Positions 7,866 through 16,459 of a DNA stretch of 64,000 bases are shown here, in pieces. Within the stretch, counting starts at the first letter, position 1. Each line of letters begins with the position of its first letter. The DNA is taken from NCBI RefSeq assembly GCF_039596335.1, contig NZ_JBCNJZ010000009.1, positions 59,059-123,058 on the forward strand. Direction: 5' to 3'. Position numbers and translations under genes: made by a program. The notes beneath the pieces were generated by a model. It did not search any database. It had not been told where the DNA came from and saw only the letters and a program-made list of their open reading frames with translations. The stretch is from Caulobacter sp. (lineage in GTDB: Bacteria; Pseudomonadota; Alphaproteobacteria; Caulobacterales; Caulobacteraceae).

Positions 7866-9215
7866 CTAGAGCCCCGGCTTCATGATCACGTTCAGCGACA
7901 CCCGCGACTGCTGGCCGTCGCCCTGGTGGACGACCTCAACCGAGTCGATCGCGCCCTTGGGCAGGGTGGTGGGATCGAAGCCGGCGGGCGGGGCCGCGCC
8001 GTTCAGCAGCACGATGGTTTGCGGTGCGCGCAGGCGGCCGCGGATCTGGACGTCGCCGAAATAGGTCGACGTCTTGCCGTTCTCGATCTGCAGCTTGCCA
8101 TCGATGAACTCGGCGTTGCTCACCCGGATATATTTCGAGCGGATGTCGACATACTGGCCGGTCCTGGTGTCGGTGATGACGGTGCGGCTTCGGCTGCGGC
8201 CGGGGGTCTCGTCCTGCTGGGCCAGGGCGATCGAGCCGGCGGCAGTGAGGCCGATCGCCAGCAGGCTGGCCAGGGTCAGCAGGGCGCGGCGGCCTCGGGT
8301 GGCCGGATCGCGCGGATCGGTGATGGCCTTCAGGCGCATGAGCGTGGGTCTCCGTCCCTTGCCGGTGAAGGCGGGGTGCAGGGCGGGCGCGGCGCGGGTG
8401 CGCAGCACGTCGATCAGGGTCTCGGCGTAGTTGCGGCGCACGGCCGGACCGGCGTCCTCCAGGGCCAGGGCGTCGGCCAGCTCCTCGCGGGTGGCGGCGG
8501 CGCGGGCGCGCAGCAGGGCATAGGGCGGGACCATCCAGAAGAGGCCGCCCAGCAGGTGCTCGGCCAGCAGCCGCCAGTTGTCGCCGCGCTTCAGGTGGGC
8601 CAGCTCGTGGGCGCAGACCGGGACCAACCGCTCCAGCGGCAGGCGCTCGACCAGGGCGCGGGGCAGCAGGATCACCGGCGTGGCCAAACCCGCCAGCAGC
8701 GGCTGGTCGATGGTGTCGCTGACCTTCACCTCGGGCCGGCCGGTGTCCAGCCGGCGGGCGGCGGCGCGGACGGCCTGGGCCAGTTCCGGCGAGACCGGGC
8801 GGGCCTCGGCCACGATGCGCTTGAGCCGGGCGCGGCCCAGGACTTGGCGCACGGTCGCCACGGCCAGGCCGCCCAGCGCGCCTAGGATCAGCGCGGCGCC
8901 GACCAGCTCCAGTCCGTCGAAGCGGGAAAAGGCGAGGGTCGAGACCTCCTTCGCCGCCGCCGTGGCGCGGGCCGCGGCCTGCGTGGTCAGAACGACCTGA
9001 TAGACCGGGGCGGTGGTCTCCTCGGGCAGGGCCGAGACGGCGACCATGGCCGCCAGCATGGCCGGCGGCAGGGCCACGGCGCGATTCCAGGCCCGGGCCC
9101 GCTGGGCCGGATCGCCGGTCAGGCGGTCGGCCGCCTTGCCCAGCAGCCAGCCCAGGCCGCTGGCCGGCCAGGCGGCGACCAGACCCAGGGCGGCGGAGGC
9201 GAAGAGCGCGTTCAT
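7866..9215 (-). CDS. M56-family (BlaR1/MecR1-like) membrane metalloprotease sensor, paralog 1
   Basis: N-terminal TM helices and CAHELAHLKRGDNW (HExxH plus RGD of M56). The C-terminal ~120 aa are non-PBP. GGAGGG RBS lies upstream. Confidence 0.85.
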   Translation of the reverse strand: MNALFASAALGLVAAWPASGLGWLLGKAADRLTGDPAQRARAWNRAVALPPAMLAAMVAVSALPEETTAPVYQVVLTTQAAARATAAAKEVSTLAFSRFDGLELVGAALILGALGGLAVATVRQVLGRARLKRIVAEARPVSPELAQAVRAAARRLDTGRPEVKVSDTIDQPLLAGLATPVILLPRALVERLPLERLVPVCAHELAHLKRGDNWRLLAEHLLGGLFWMVPPYALLRARAAATREELADALALEDAGPAVRRNYAETLIDVLRTRAAPALHPAFTGKGRRPTLMRLKAITDPRDPATRGRRALLTLASLLAIGLTAAGSIALAQQDETPGRSRSRTVITDTRTGQYVDIRSKYIRVSNAEFIDGKLQIENGKTSTYFGDVQIRGRLRAPQTIVLLNGAAPPAGFDPTTLPKGAIDSVEVVHQGDGQQSRVSLNVIMKPGL

Positions 9216-9229
9216 GAGTCCCTCCGAGC

Positions 9230-10846
9230 TCAGCGGGTCCAGGGTGTGGGCATGGGCGGGTCGTTGCGCAGGGTCACGGCGACGCTGACCTTCGGCTCGG
9301 CCTTGATGCGCGGCTCGATCACCCTCACGCGCAAGGTCTTCTCGACCATGTCCTTGGGCAGGAAGACCTTCACGTTCGGCTGCACGTCGACCTTGACGTC
9401 CAGGGCCTCCAGCGCCCTCAGCGCGGCTCTCTCAGCCCGGTGAGCCCGGTGCTGGGCCAAGTCCGCAGCGTCGGCGGCCAGACGGGCGCGCTGCGCGGCG
9501 CTATCGGCCTCGATCTGCGGGCGCGGATCGGGTTGAGGGTTCGGCTGCGGATTGGGGCGCGGATCGGGGCGCGGGTCCGGACGGGGATCGGGTCCGGGCG
9601 CGGGGAGCGGCGCGGCGGTCATGGCCAGGGTCGCGGCGGCCTCGGCCTCGGCGGCGCGTTCCACGGCGGCGGCTTCCTTCGCCACAGCGGCCTCGGCGGC
9701 CTTCTCGACTTCCAGGCGCAGAGGCTCAACCTCCGCCGCGGCCTGGGCGGCGACGGTCGCAGCCACGTCGGCCGTATGAGCGGCGGCGTCGGCGGCGGCC
9801 TGGGCCTCGATGCGGGCGATTTCGTCGGCCGTCGGCGGCGCGATGTTGCGCACCTGCGAGGCCAGGGCCAGCGAGCCGGCGCCGGTGGCCACGGTCAGGG
9901 CGCCGCCCAGGGCGACCACCAGGCCCAGCCGACCGACCGAGGCGCCGTCGCGCGGCTGCAGGATCGCCGACAGCCGCAGGGCGGCCAGGTTGCGCTCGCG
10001 GCCGGTAAAAGCGGATTGGGGCGCGGGCAGGGCGTTCATGCGCAGGGCTTCGACCAGCACGCGGGCATAGTCGCGACGGGCCTCGGGCGCAGCGCCGGCC
10101 AGGGCGTGCTGATCGCAGACCGCCTCACGCGCGGCCAGCATCCGGCCGCGCAGGGCGGCCACCGGCGGGGTCATCCAGAAGAGGCCGGCCAGGGCTTCCT
10201 CGGCCGGGATCCGCCAGTTGTCGCCACGGCGCAGGTGGGCCAGCTCGTGGCCGCATACGAGGCTCAGGCGCTCGGCGCCGGCGCTGTCGGCCAGGGCGCG
10301 GGGCAGCAGGATGGCGGGGCGGCGCACGCCGGCCAGCAGGGGCTCGGACACCGCGTCGCTGATCAGCACGCGCGGGGCCTGGACGCCCAGGCGCAGGGCC
10401 TCGCGGCGCACGGCCTGCAGCAGGGTGGGATCTTCGCAGGGCTGGGCGGCGGCGCGGATCGCGGCCAGGCGCCGGCGGCCCTGGTTCCAGCGCCAGCCGC
10501 GCGTCATCAGGCCTGCGGCCGATAGGCCCACCAGGCCCCAGGCGAGGCCGGTCGCCAGACCCGCGGGCGGCGTCCAAGCCGGGGCGGCCGGCGCGGGCGC
10601 AGCCACGACCGCCATGACGGCGACCGGCTCGGGCGGGGCTTTCGGCGGGATCGGCGCGAAGGTCATGGCGACCGTGGCGACCAGGGCCCCGGCGGGCAGG
10701 GCATAGGCCAGGCTCCAGGCGGCGGCGCGTGGGCGCGGATCGTCGGTCAGGCGCTCGACGGCGCGGCCCAAGGCGAAGCCCAGCGCGCCGACCGGCCAGG
10801 CGGCGATCAGGCCCAGGGCGGTGGAAGCCAGCAGCGGATTCATCAC
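9230..10846 (-). CDS. M56-family (BlaR1/MecR1-like) membrane metalloprotease sensor, paralog 2, with an Ala/Glu-rich and Pro-rich C-terminal region
   Basis: CGHELAHLRRGDNW. The N-terminus is collinear with paralog 1. The start is GTG 10846 or ATG 10843, overlapping the blaI-like stop. Confidence 0.85.
   Translation of the reverse strand: MMNPLLASTALGLIAAWPVGALGFALGRAVERLTDDPRPRAAAWSLAYALPAGALVATVAMTFAPIPPKAPPEPVAVMAVVAAPAPAAPAWTPPAGLATGLAWGLVGLSAAGLMTRGWRWNQGRRRLAAIRAAAQPCEDPTLLQAVRREALRLGVQAPRVLISDAVSEPLLAGVRRPAILLPRALADSAGAERLSLVCGHELAHLRRGDNWRIPAEEALAGLFWMTPPVAALRGRMLAAREAVCDQHALAGAAPEARRDYARVLVEALRMNALPAPQSAFTGRERNLAALRLSAILQPRDGASVGRLGLVVALGGALTVATGAGSLALASQVRNIAPPTADEIARIEAQAAADAAAHTADVAATVAAQAAAEVEPLRLEVEKAAEAAVAKEAAAVERAAEAEAAATLAMTAAPLPAPGPDPRPDPRPDPRPNPQPNPQPDPRPQIEADSAAQRARLAADAADLAQHRAHRAERAALRALEALDVKVDVQPNVKVFLPKDMVEKTLRVRVIEPRIKAEPKVSVAVTLRNDPPMPTPWTR
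9516..9602 (-). repeat. In-frame tandem repeat encoding PDPRPDPRPDPRPNPQPNPQPDPRPQ within the second M56 gene
   Basis: 6/12-bp periodic GGxTCGGGxCGx units on the plus strand. This is a TonB-like Pro-X spacer. Confidence 0.85.
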
Positions 10847-11214
10847 TTGGCGTCCTTCTCGCTGGTGTTGAGCAGGGTCTCCAGCTCGGCGATCTCGGTC
10901 TCGGACAGGATCTGGCTGCCGGCGAAGGCCGAGGCGGGCAGGCGGCCGTCGATCTCCAGCAAGCCGCGCAGACGGTTCAGCACCCCGCCGATCACGTCGA
11001 CCTTGCCCGTGCGGGCCTCGTAGACGGCCAGGCCGTGCACGGCGCGGCGGACCAGCAGGCCCTTGGCCACCATCCGCTCCAGCACGGTGCGGGTGGTCGA
11101 GGCGCTCCAGCCCAGCTCGGGCTCGATCAGCCCTTGCGCCTCGCGGGCGCTCATCGCGCCGCCGCGCCAGAAGGCCTTCAGCACTTCGAGTTCCAAGTCG
11201 GAGGGTTCGGTCAT
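10843..11214 (-). CDS. BlaI/MecI/CopY-family winged-helix transcriptional repressor
   Basis: 123 aa: LELEVLKAFWRGGAMSAREAQGLIE...STTRTVLERMVAKGLLVRR...VYEA (Penicillinase_R pattern). It is first in the operon, ahead of the two M56 genes. Confidence 0.9.
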   Translation of the reverse strand: MTEPSDLELEVLKAFWRGGAMSAREAQGLIEPELGWSASTTRTVLERMVAKGLLVRRAVHGLAVYEARTGKVDVIGGVLNRLRGLLEIDGRLPASAFAGSQILSETEIAELETLLNTSEKDAK

Positions 11215-11240
11215 GGTTGGGATCTCAGTGATGTCGCGAG

Positions 11241-11260
11241 TACGCTACAAATGTAGCGTA
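11241..11260. promoter_or_regulatory. Candidate BlaI-family operator (perfect 9+9 palindrome containing TACA-NN-TGTA)
   Basis: TACGCTACA-AA-TGTAGCGTA lies 27 bp upstream of the blaI-like start codon. TACAnnTGTA is the core recognised by CopY/BlaI/MecI repressors. Confidence 0.7.
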
Positions 11261-11312
11261 TCGACGTCAAGTGTGGAGATCGCTGTTCTTTGCTTGCTGG
11301 ATACTGGGTTTC

Positions 11313-11336
11313 ATAGCAAGCTATATAGCGAGCTAT
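11313..11336. promoter_or_regulatory. Candidate MarR-type operator (24-bp palindrome)
   Basis: ATAGCaaGCTAT|ATAGCgaGCTAT has 10 of 12 pairs complementary and the core GCTATATAGC is perfect. It ends 18 bp upstream of ATG 11354. Confidence 0.45.
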
Positions 11337-11353
11337 TAATCTGGAGATCGAGG

Positions 11354-12319
11354 ATGGACGTCGACCTGCTGGCCGGTTTGGGCGTGGGGTTCCTGGGCAG
11401 CCGTCTCAAGCGCCTTGCCGAACGCATGCAGGCCGACGCCGCCGAGGTGCTGCGGACCCTGGACCTGCCGGTGCAGCCGGCCCAGCTGTCGCTGCTGCTG
11501 GCGCTGCGCACTGCCGGCCCGCTGACGGTGGGCGAGTTGGCCGCGCGCCTCAAGCTGGCCCAGCCGACCGTGACCCGCGCCGTTGGCGTGCTGGAGGCCG
11601 AGGGTCTGGTCGAGGCGCGGCGCTCGGCTGAGGACCAGCGCAGCAAGCGCCTCGCCCTGACCCCCGCCGGCGAGGCGCTGCTGGTCCGCATCCAGACCCA
11701 GCTGCTGCCGGTGGTCGAGGCGGCGGCTTCGGGTCTGTGTGAAGGCCTGTCCGGCGAGCTGATGGCCAGCCTGGCGGGGCTGGAGGCGCGGCTGGACCAG
11801 GCCTCGCTGCTGGACCGGGTCAAGGCGGTGCCGACCCCGACCATGTGGGTGCGCGATTTCTCCGACGACCTCGCCGAGGCCTTCCACCGCATCAACGCCG
11901 AATGGATCCAGGCGATGTTCAGCCTGGAGGAGAACGACGTGGCCCTGCTGACCCGGCCGCGTGAGCTGATCCTGGACAAGGGCGGCCTCGTCTTGTTCGC
12001 CGAAACCCCGGACCTGGGCGTGGTTGGCACGGCGGCCTTGATGGTCTCCAAGGACGGCTGGGTCGAGCTGACCAAGATGGGCGTGTCGGAAACCGCGCGC
12101 GGCCGCAAGGTCGGCGAGTTCCTGCTGGCCAAGACCCTGGAGCGCGCCGCCAGCGTGGGCATGGCCGACAGACTGTATCTGCTGACCAACACCAAGTGCG
12201 CCGCCGCCATCTACCTCTATGAGAAGCTGGGCTTCGTGCACGACGCCGAGATCATGCGGCTGTTCGGCGCGCGCTATGAGCGCTGCGACGTGGCGATGTC
12301 GTACCGGCCGCGGGGCTAG
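11354..12319 (+). CDS. Bifunctional MarR-family HTH regulator / GNAT N-acetyltransferase fusion
   Basis: N-terminal half: LSLLLALRTAGPLTVGELAARLKLAQPTVTRAVGVLEAEGLVEARRSAEDQRSKRLALTPAG (MarR wHTH). C-terminal half: VSETARGRKVGEFLLAKTLERAASVG...LLTNTKCAAAIYLYEKLGF (GNAT motif A, R/Q-x-x-G-x-G/A). I chose ATG 11354 within the track ORF that starts at 11063. Confidence 0.85.
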   Translation: MDVDLLAGLGVGFLGSRLKRLAERMQADAAEVLRTLDLPVQPAQLSLLLALRTAGPLTVGELAARLKLAQPTVTRAVGVLEAEGLVEARRSAEDQRSKRLALTPAGEALLVRIQTQLLPVVEAAASGLCEGLSGELMASLAGLEARLDQASLLDRVKAVPTPTMWVRDFSDDLAEAFHRINAEWIQAMFSLEENDVALLTRPRELILDKGGLVLFAETPDLGVVGTAALMVSKDGWVELTKMGVSETARGRKVGEFLLAKTLERAASVGMADRLYLLTNTKCAAAIYLYEKLGFVHDAEIMRLFGARYERCDVAMSYRPRG

Positions 12320-13446
12320 GCGCGGGCCAGCAGCTTGCGGGCCAGCCAGCGCCGCGCCGGCTCGTCATAGAGCTTCAGGCACAGCCAGGCGATCGCCACG
12401 GCCACAACAAACACGCCGGCCCCGGCGAGCGCGCCCTGGGCCGGTGGAATCTTCCGGTCCACGACCCAGCCCGTATAGATGTAGATCAGCGGATAGTGGG
12501 TGATGTAGAGCGGGTACGACAGGTCGCCGAAGAATCGGGCGATCCGGACGCTGGGGCCGTCGGCGTCCTGGTCGCCCGCCGCGATGGCCACGATCAGCGG
12601 GAACAACAGGATGATGCAGGCCGCCTCGTAGAGGCCGTTCAGCCAACGCATCTCGCTCACGCCAAAGCGCGGCAGCGACAGGCCCACGATCAGCAGCAGA
12701 CTGCAGACGGCGAAAGCGCCCGGGACCTTGATCCGCGCGCCCAGGCGCATCAGCAGCACGCCGGCGAAGAATGGGAACATCACGCGGGCCAGGCCGATCC
12801 ACACGCCCTTGGCGTCCAGCGCCCAGCCGCCGATCACGTCACCGCGCGGACCCAGGACCAGCAGACCGACCAGGACGACCGCCGACAGCGCGACCAGAGC
12901 CCCCAAGGCCCGGTTTGACAGCTTCCGCAGGCCCAAGGCGTAGAGGATGTTGGCGAGGTACTCGTAGAACAGCGACCATTGGGGGCCGTTCAGCGGATAG
13001 ATCTCGCCCCAGCCGCGCGGTTCGGCCGATGGCGTCATCGGGATCATTACCAGGCCCAGCAGCACCATCATCAGCACCTGAACGGTCGTGACGGTCTCCA
13101 GCTTGGGGAAGATCGACCAGTGCTGGAAGGTTAGCAGGGCGGCCCCGATCAGTGTGCCGGCCACGATCATCGGCTGCAGGCGCACCAGCCGGCGCTTGTA
13201 GAACTGCCAGGCGCTCATGCCGCCCCAGCGGTCGTCATAGGCGTAGGCGACGACGAAGCCCGATAGCAGGAAGAAGAAATCCACCGCCATGTAGCCGTGA
13301 TTGACGATCTGCTTCTGCGGGTCGCCGTGGGCATAGGCCTCGAACAGGTGGAACAGCACCACCATCAGGGCGGCGACGCCGCGCAGGCCGTCCAGGATGG
13401 CGTAGTGGCGCTTGGCCGGCGCGATGGCGTCGGTTGAGGTCGTCAT
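12316..13446 (-). CDS. Acyltransferase family 3 (OafA/YrhL-like) integral membrane protein
   Basis: LDGLRGVAALMVVLFHL start motif and about 10 TM segments, 376 aa. Confidence 0.85.
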   Translation of the reverse strand: MTTSTDAIAPAKRHYAILDGLRGVAALMVVLFHLFEAYAHGDPQKQIVNHGYMAVDFFFLLSGFVVAYAYDDRWGGMSAWQFYKRRLVRLQPMIVAGTLIGAALLTFQHWSIFPKLETVTTVQVLMMVLLGLVMIPMTPSAEPRGWGEIYPLNGPQWSLFYEYLANILYALGLRKLSNRALGALVALSAVVLVGLLVLGPRGDVIGGWALDAKGVWIGLARVMFPFFAGVLLMRLGARIKVPGAFAVCSLLLIVGLSLPRFGVSEMRWLNGLYEAACIILLFPLIVAIAAGDQDADGPSVRIARFFGDLSYPLYITHYPLIYIYTGWVVDRKIPPAQGALAGAGVFVVAVAIAWLCLKLYDEPARRWLARKLLARA

Positions 13447-13522
13447 GCGTATCCAGGGCCTCCCCCGCCCCTTGTTCGTTGGACGGGAGGTTGGCGGTGT
13501 TCGCCGCGGGATCGCAAGGGGC

Positions 13523-14842
13523 TTAGTCGATGCCGGCCAGTACGCTGCGGATCGTCTCCACGATGCGGTCGATGTGCGCCTTCTCTAGGATCAGCGGCGG
13601 CGACAGGGCGATGATGTCGCCCGTGACGCGGACCAGCAGGCCCTGGTCGAAACAGGTCTCGAAGGCTTCCGTCGCACGGGCCGTGGGCGCGCCAGGGCGG
13701 GGTTCAAGCTCAATGCCGCCGATCAGGCCCAGGTTGCGGATGTCGACGACATGACGCGCGTCGGCCAGGCTGTGCAGGGCGTCCTGCCAGTAGCCCTCGA
13801 TACCGGCGGCGCGGGCGAAGAGGTCCTCCTCCCGATAGGTCTCCAGCGTCGCCAGGCCCGCCGCGCAGGCCAGCGGATGGGCCGAATAGGTGTAGCCGTG
13901 AAAGAGCTCGATCGGCGCGTCGGCCCCCTCCAGCATGGCGTCGTAGATCTTTCGCGAGGCGGCGACCGCCCCGGCCGGGACGGCGGCGTTGGTCAGGCCC
14001 TTGGCCATGCAGATCAGGTCGGGCGTGACGCCGAAGCGCTCGGCGGCGAAGGCTGCGCCCAGGCGGCCAAAGCCGGTGATGACCTCGTCGAAGATCAGCA
14101 GGATGTCGTGCTTGTCGCAGATCGCCCGCAGGCGCTCGAGATAGCCCTTGGGCGGGACCAGCACGCCGGCCGAACCGGCCACGGGCTCGACGATGACGGC
14201 GGCGATGTTGGAGGCGTCGTGCAGGGCGACGATCCGCTCCAGTTCATCGGCCAACTCAGCGCCGTGCTCGGGCTGGCCCTTGGCGAAGGTGTTGCCGGGC
14301 TGGCCGTGGGTGTGGGGCAGGTGATCGACGCCGGTCAGCAAGCTGCCGAAGTACATGCGGTTCTTGGGGATGCCGCCCACCGAGATGCCGCCGAAGCCGA
14401 CGCCGTGATAGCCGCGCTCGCGGCCGATCAGCCGGGTCTTGGTCCCCTTGCCGCGGGCGCGGTGATAGGCCAGCGCGATCTTCAGAGCGGTGTCGACCGA
14501 CTCCGAGCCGCTGTTGGTGAAGAAGATCCGGTCCAGGCCCGGCGGTGTGATCTGGGCCAGGCGCGAGGCGAACTGGAAGGCCAGCGGATGGCCCAGGTTG
14601 AAGCTGGGCGCGAAGTCCATGGTCGCGGCCTGTTTCTGGATCGCCTCGCGGATCTTCGGCCGGTCGTGGCCGGCGTTGACGCACCACAGGCCCGAGGTGC
14701 CGTCCAGGATCTCGCGGCCGTCGGGCGTGCGGTAATGCATGCCGCTGGCGCTGGCCAGCAGGCGCGGATGGGCCTTGAAACGCCGGTTGGCGGTGAAGGG
14801 CATCCAGTAGGCGTCCAGATCGTTGGAGACGAGTTCGGACAT
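13523..14842 (-). CDS. Omega-amino acid (beta-alanine)--pyruvate aminotransferase, class III
   Basis: MSELVSNDLDAYWMPFTANRRFKAHPR, GLWCVNAGH, FDEVITGFGRLG and CMAKGLTN (PLP Lys). I chose ATG 14842. The 862-aa track ORF upstream part is antisense to gabD. Confidence 0.9.
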   Translation of the reverse strand: MSELVSNDLDAYWMPFTANRRFKAHPRLLASASGMHYRTPDGREILDGTSGLWCVNAGHDRPKIREAIQKQAATMDFAPSFNLGHPLAFQFASRLAQITPPGLDRIFFTNSGSESVDTALKIALAYHRARGKGTKTRLIGRERGYHGVGFGGISVGGIPKNRMYFGSLLTGVDHLPHTHGQPGNTFAKGQPEHGAELADELERIVALHDASNIAAVIVEPVAGSAGVLVPPKGYLERLRAICDKHDILLIFDEVITGFGRLGAAFAAERFGVTPDLICMAKGLTNAAVPAGAVAASRKIYDAMLEGADAPIELFHGYTYSAHPLACAAGLATLETYREEDLFARAAGIEGYWQDALHSLADARHVVDIRNLGLIGGIELEPRPGAPTARATEAFETCFDQGLLVRVTGDIIALSPPLILEKAHIDRIVETIRSVLAGID

Positions 14843-15007
14843 GTCGCGATTTTCCTTACAGCGCCTTGCATTGTGACCGCAGTTGCGCCCCTCTCGTAAA
14901 GGGTGGATCGCCACGAAAACCCTAGCGCACGGGTGGAGAAATCTTGGGGTGGGCTCCAGAAGCTTTGTGCGCGTTGCATAGCGATATCGAACCGAAGTGA
15001 GCCCGCC

Positions 15008-16459
15008 ATGACCTCCAAAGCCCTGACCCTGGTCGAGACCGCCGCCTTCATCGACGGCCTGTGGATCGAGGGCGACGACTGCTTCGACGTGACCAATCCG
15101 GCCGACGGGACGCTGATCGCCCAGGTCGCCGACTTGGGGGCCAGCGAGACGCGGGTGGCGATCGGGGCCGCGCATCGCGCCTTGCCGCTCTGGTCGGCAA
15201 AGACGGCCAAGGAGCGCGGCGCAATCCTGCGCAAGTGGAGCGACCTGATGCTGGCCCACGCCGACGACCTGGCGCGGCTGATGACCGCCGAGCAGGGCAA
15301 GCCGCTGGCGGAGGCGAAGGGCGAGGTGGCCTATGGCGCGGCGTTCATCGACTGGTTCGCCGACGAGGCCAAGCGCGCCTACGGCCACACCATCCCGACC
15401 CCGATGCCGGGCAAGCGCTTGGCCTCGATCAAGCAGCCGATCGGCGTGTGCGCGGCCATCGCGCCGTGGAACTTCCCGATCGCCATGATCACCCGCAAGG
15501 TCGGTCCGGCCCTGGCCGCCGGCTGCACCGTGGTGGTCAAGCCCGCGGCCGAGACGCCGCTGTGCGCGCTGGCCATCGCCCGGCTGGCGGTGGAGGCGGG
15601 CGTGCCAGCCGGCGTGCTGAACGTCGTCACCGGCAAGGACTCGAGCGCCATCGGCAAGGCCCTGTGCGAGGACGGTCGGGTGCGCAAGCTGTCGTTCACT
15701 GGCTCCACGCCCGTGGGCAAGATCCTGTACGAACAGTGCGCCGGCACGATGAAGAAGCTCAGCCTGGAGTTGGGCGGCAATGCGCCCTTCATCGTCTTCG
15801 ACGACGCCGACCTGGAGGCCGCCGTCGACGGCGCGATCGCCAGCAAATACCGCAATACCGGCCAGACCTGCGTCTGCGCCAATCGGCTGATCGTCCAGGC
15901 CGGCATCCACGACGCCTTCGTCGCCCGGCTGGCCGAGAAGGTGGCGGCGATGAAGGTCGGTCCGGGGACGGGCGAAGGCGTGGTGATCGGCCCGCTGATC
16001 AACGACAAGGCCATCGTCAAGGTCGAGGCCCTGGTGCGCGAGGCGGTCGAGGGCGGCGCCAAGGTGGTGACCGGCGGCGAGCGCCACGACCTGGGCGGGC
16101 TGTTCTACCAACCGACGGTGCTGTCGGGCGCGACGCCGGACATGCGCCTCTTCCAGGAAGAGATCTTTGGCCCCGTCGCCCCGATTGTGAAGTTCACCAC
16201 TGAGGAACAGGCGATCGAACTAGCCAACGCCACGCCGTTCGGGTTGGCGGCCTATTTCTACAGCCGCGACGTCGGCCGCTGCTGGCGGGTGGCCGAGGCT
16301 ATCGAGGCTGGCATGGTGGGGATCAACGAAGGCCTGATCTCGACCGAGGTGGCCCCGTTCGGCGGCGTCAAGGAAAGCGGCCTGGGCCGTGAGGGCGCCT
16401 CCGAGGGCCTGCTGGAATATCTGGAGACCAAGTACCTGTGCTTCGGCGGGGTGGGATGA
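15008..16459 (+). CDS. gabD: NAD(P)-dependent succinate-semialdehyde dehydrogenase
   Basis: IAPWNFPIAMITRKVGPALAAGCTVVVKPA, LELGGNAPFIVFDDADL and YRNTGQTCVCANR (catalytic Cys) are the GabD-type pattern. Start is ATG 15008. Confidence 0.9.
   Translation: MTSKALTLVETAAFIDGLWIEGDDCFDVTNPADGTLIAQVADLGASETRVAIGAAHRALPLWSAKTAKERGAILRKWSDLMLAHADDLARLMTAEQGKPLAEAKGEVAYGAAFIDWFADEAKRAYGHTIPTPMPGKRLASIKQPIGVCAAIAPWNFPIAMITRKVGPALAAGCTVVVKPAAETPLCALAIARLAVEAGVPAGVLNVVTGKDSSAIGKALCEDGRVRKLSFTGSTPVGKILYEQCAGTMKKLSLELGGNAPFIVFDDADLEAAVDGAIASKYRNTGQTCVCANRLIVQAGIHDAFVARLAEKVAAMKVGPGTGEGVVIGPLINDKAIVKVEALVREAVEGGAKVVTGGERHDLGGLFYQPTVLSGATPDMRLFQEEIFGPVAPIVKFTTEEQAIELANATPFGLAAYFYSRDVGRCWRVAEAIEAGMVGINEGLISTEVAPFGGVKESGLGREGASEGLLEYLETKYLCFGGVG

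Noticed and set aside
6208-7869. A 553-aa plus-strand ORF across repeat A1 and antisense to the pectate lyase gene.
   Set aside because: It starts inside aroC antisense sequence, reads through the intergenic repeat, and is G/R/A/D/V-rich without motifs. The pectate lyase frame on the minus strand is convincing.
13523-16111. An 862-aa minus-strand ORF that would extend the aminotransferase upstream by about 420 aa.
   Set aside because: The upstream part (14843-16111) is antisense to the well-supported gabD gene and is low-complexity (G/A/R/D/H/L-rich: ...GRGLDHHGAAGGQGRTDLAGDHGD...). The recognisable aminotransferase begins at MSELVSNDLDAYWMPF (ATG 14842). This is a typical GC-rich antisense open frame.
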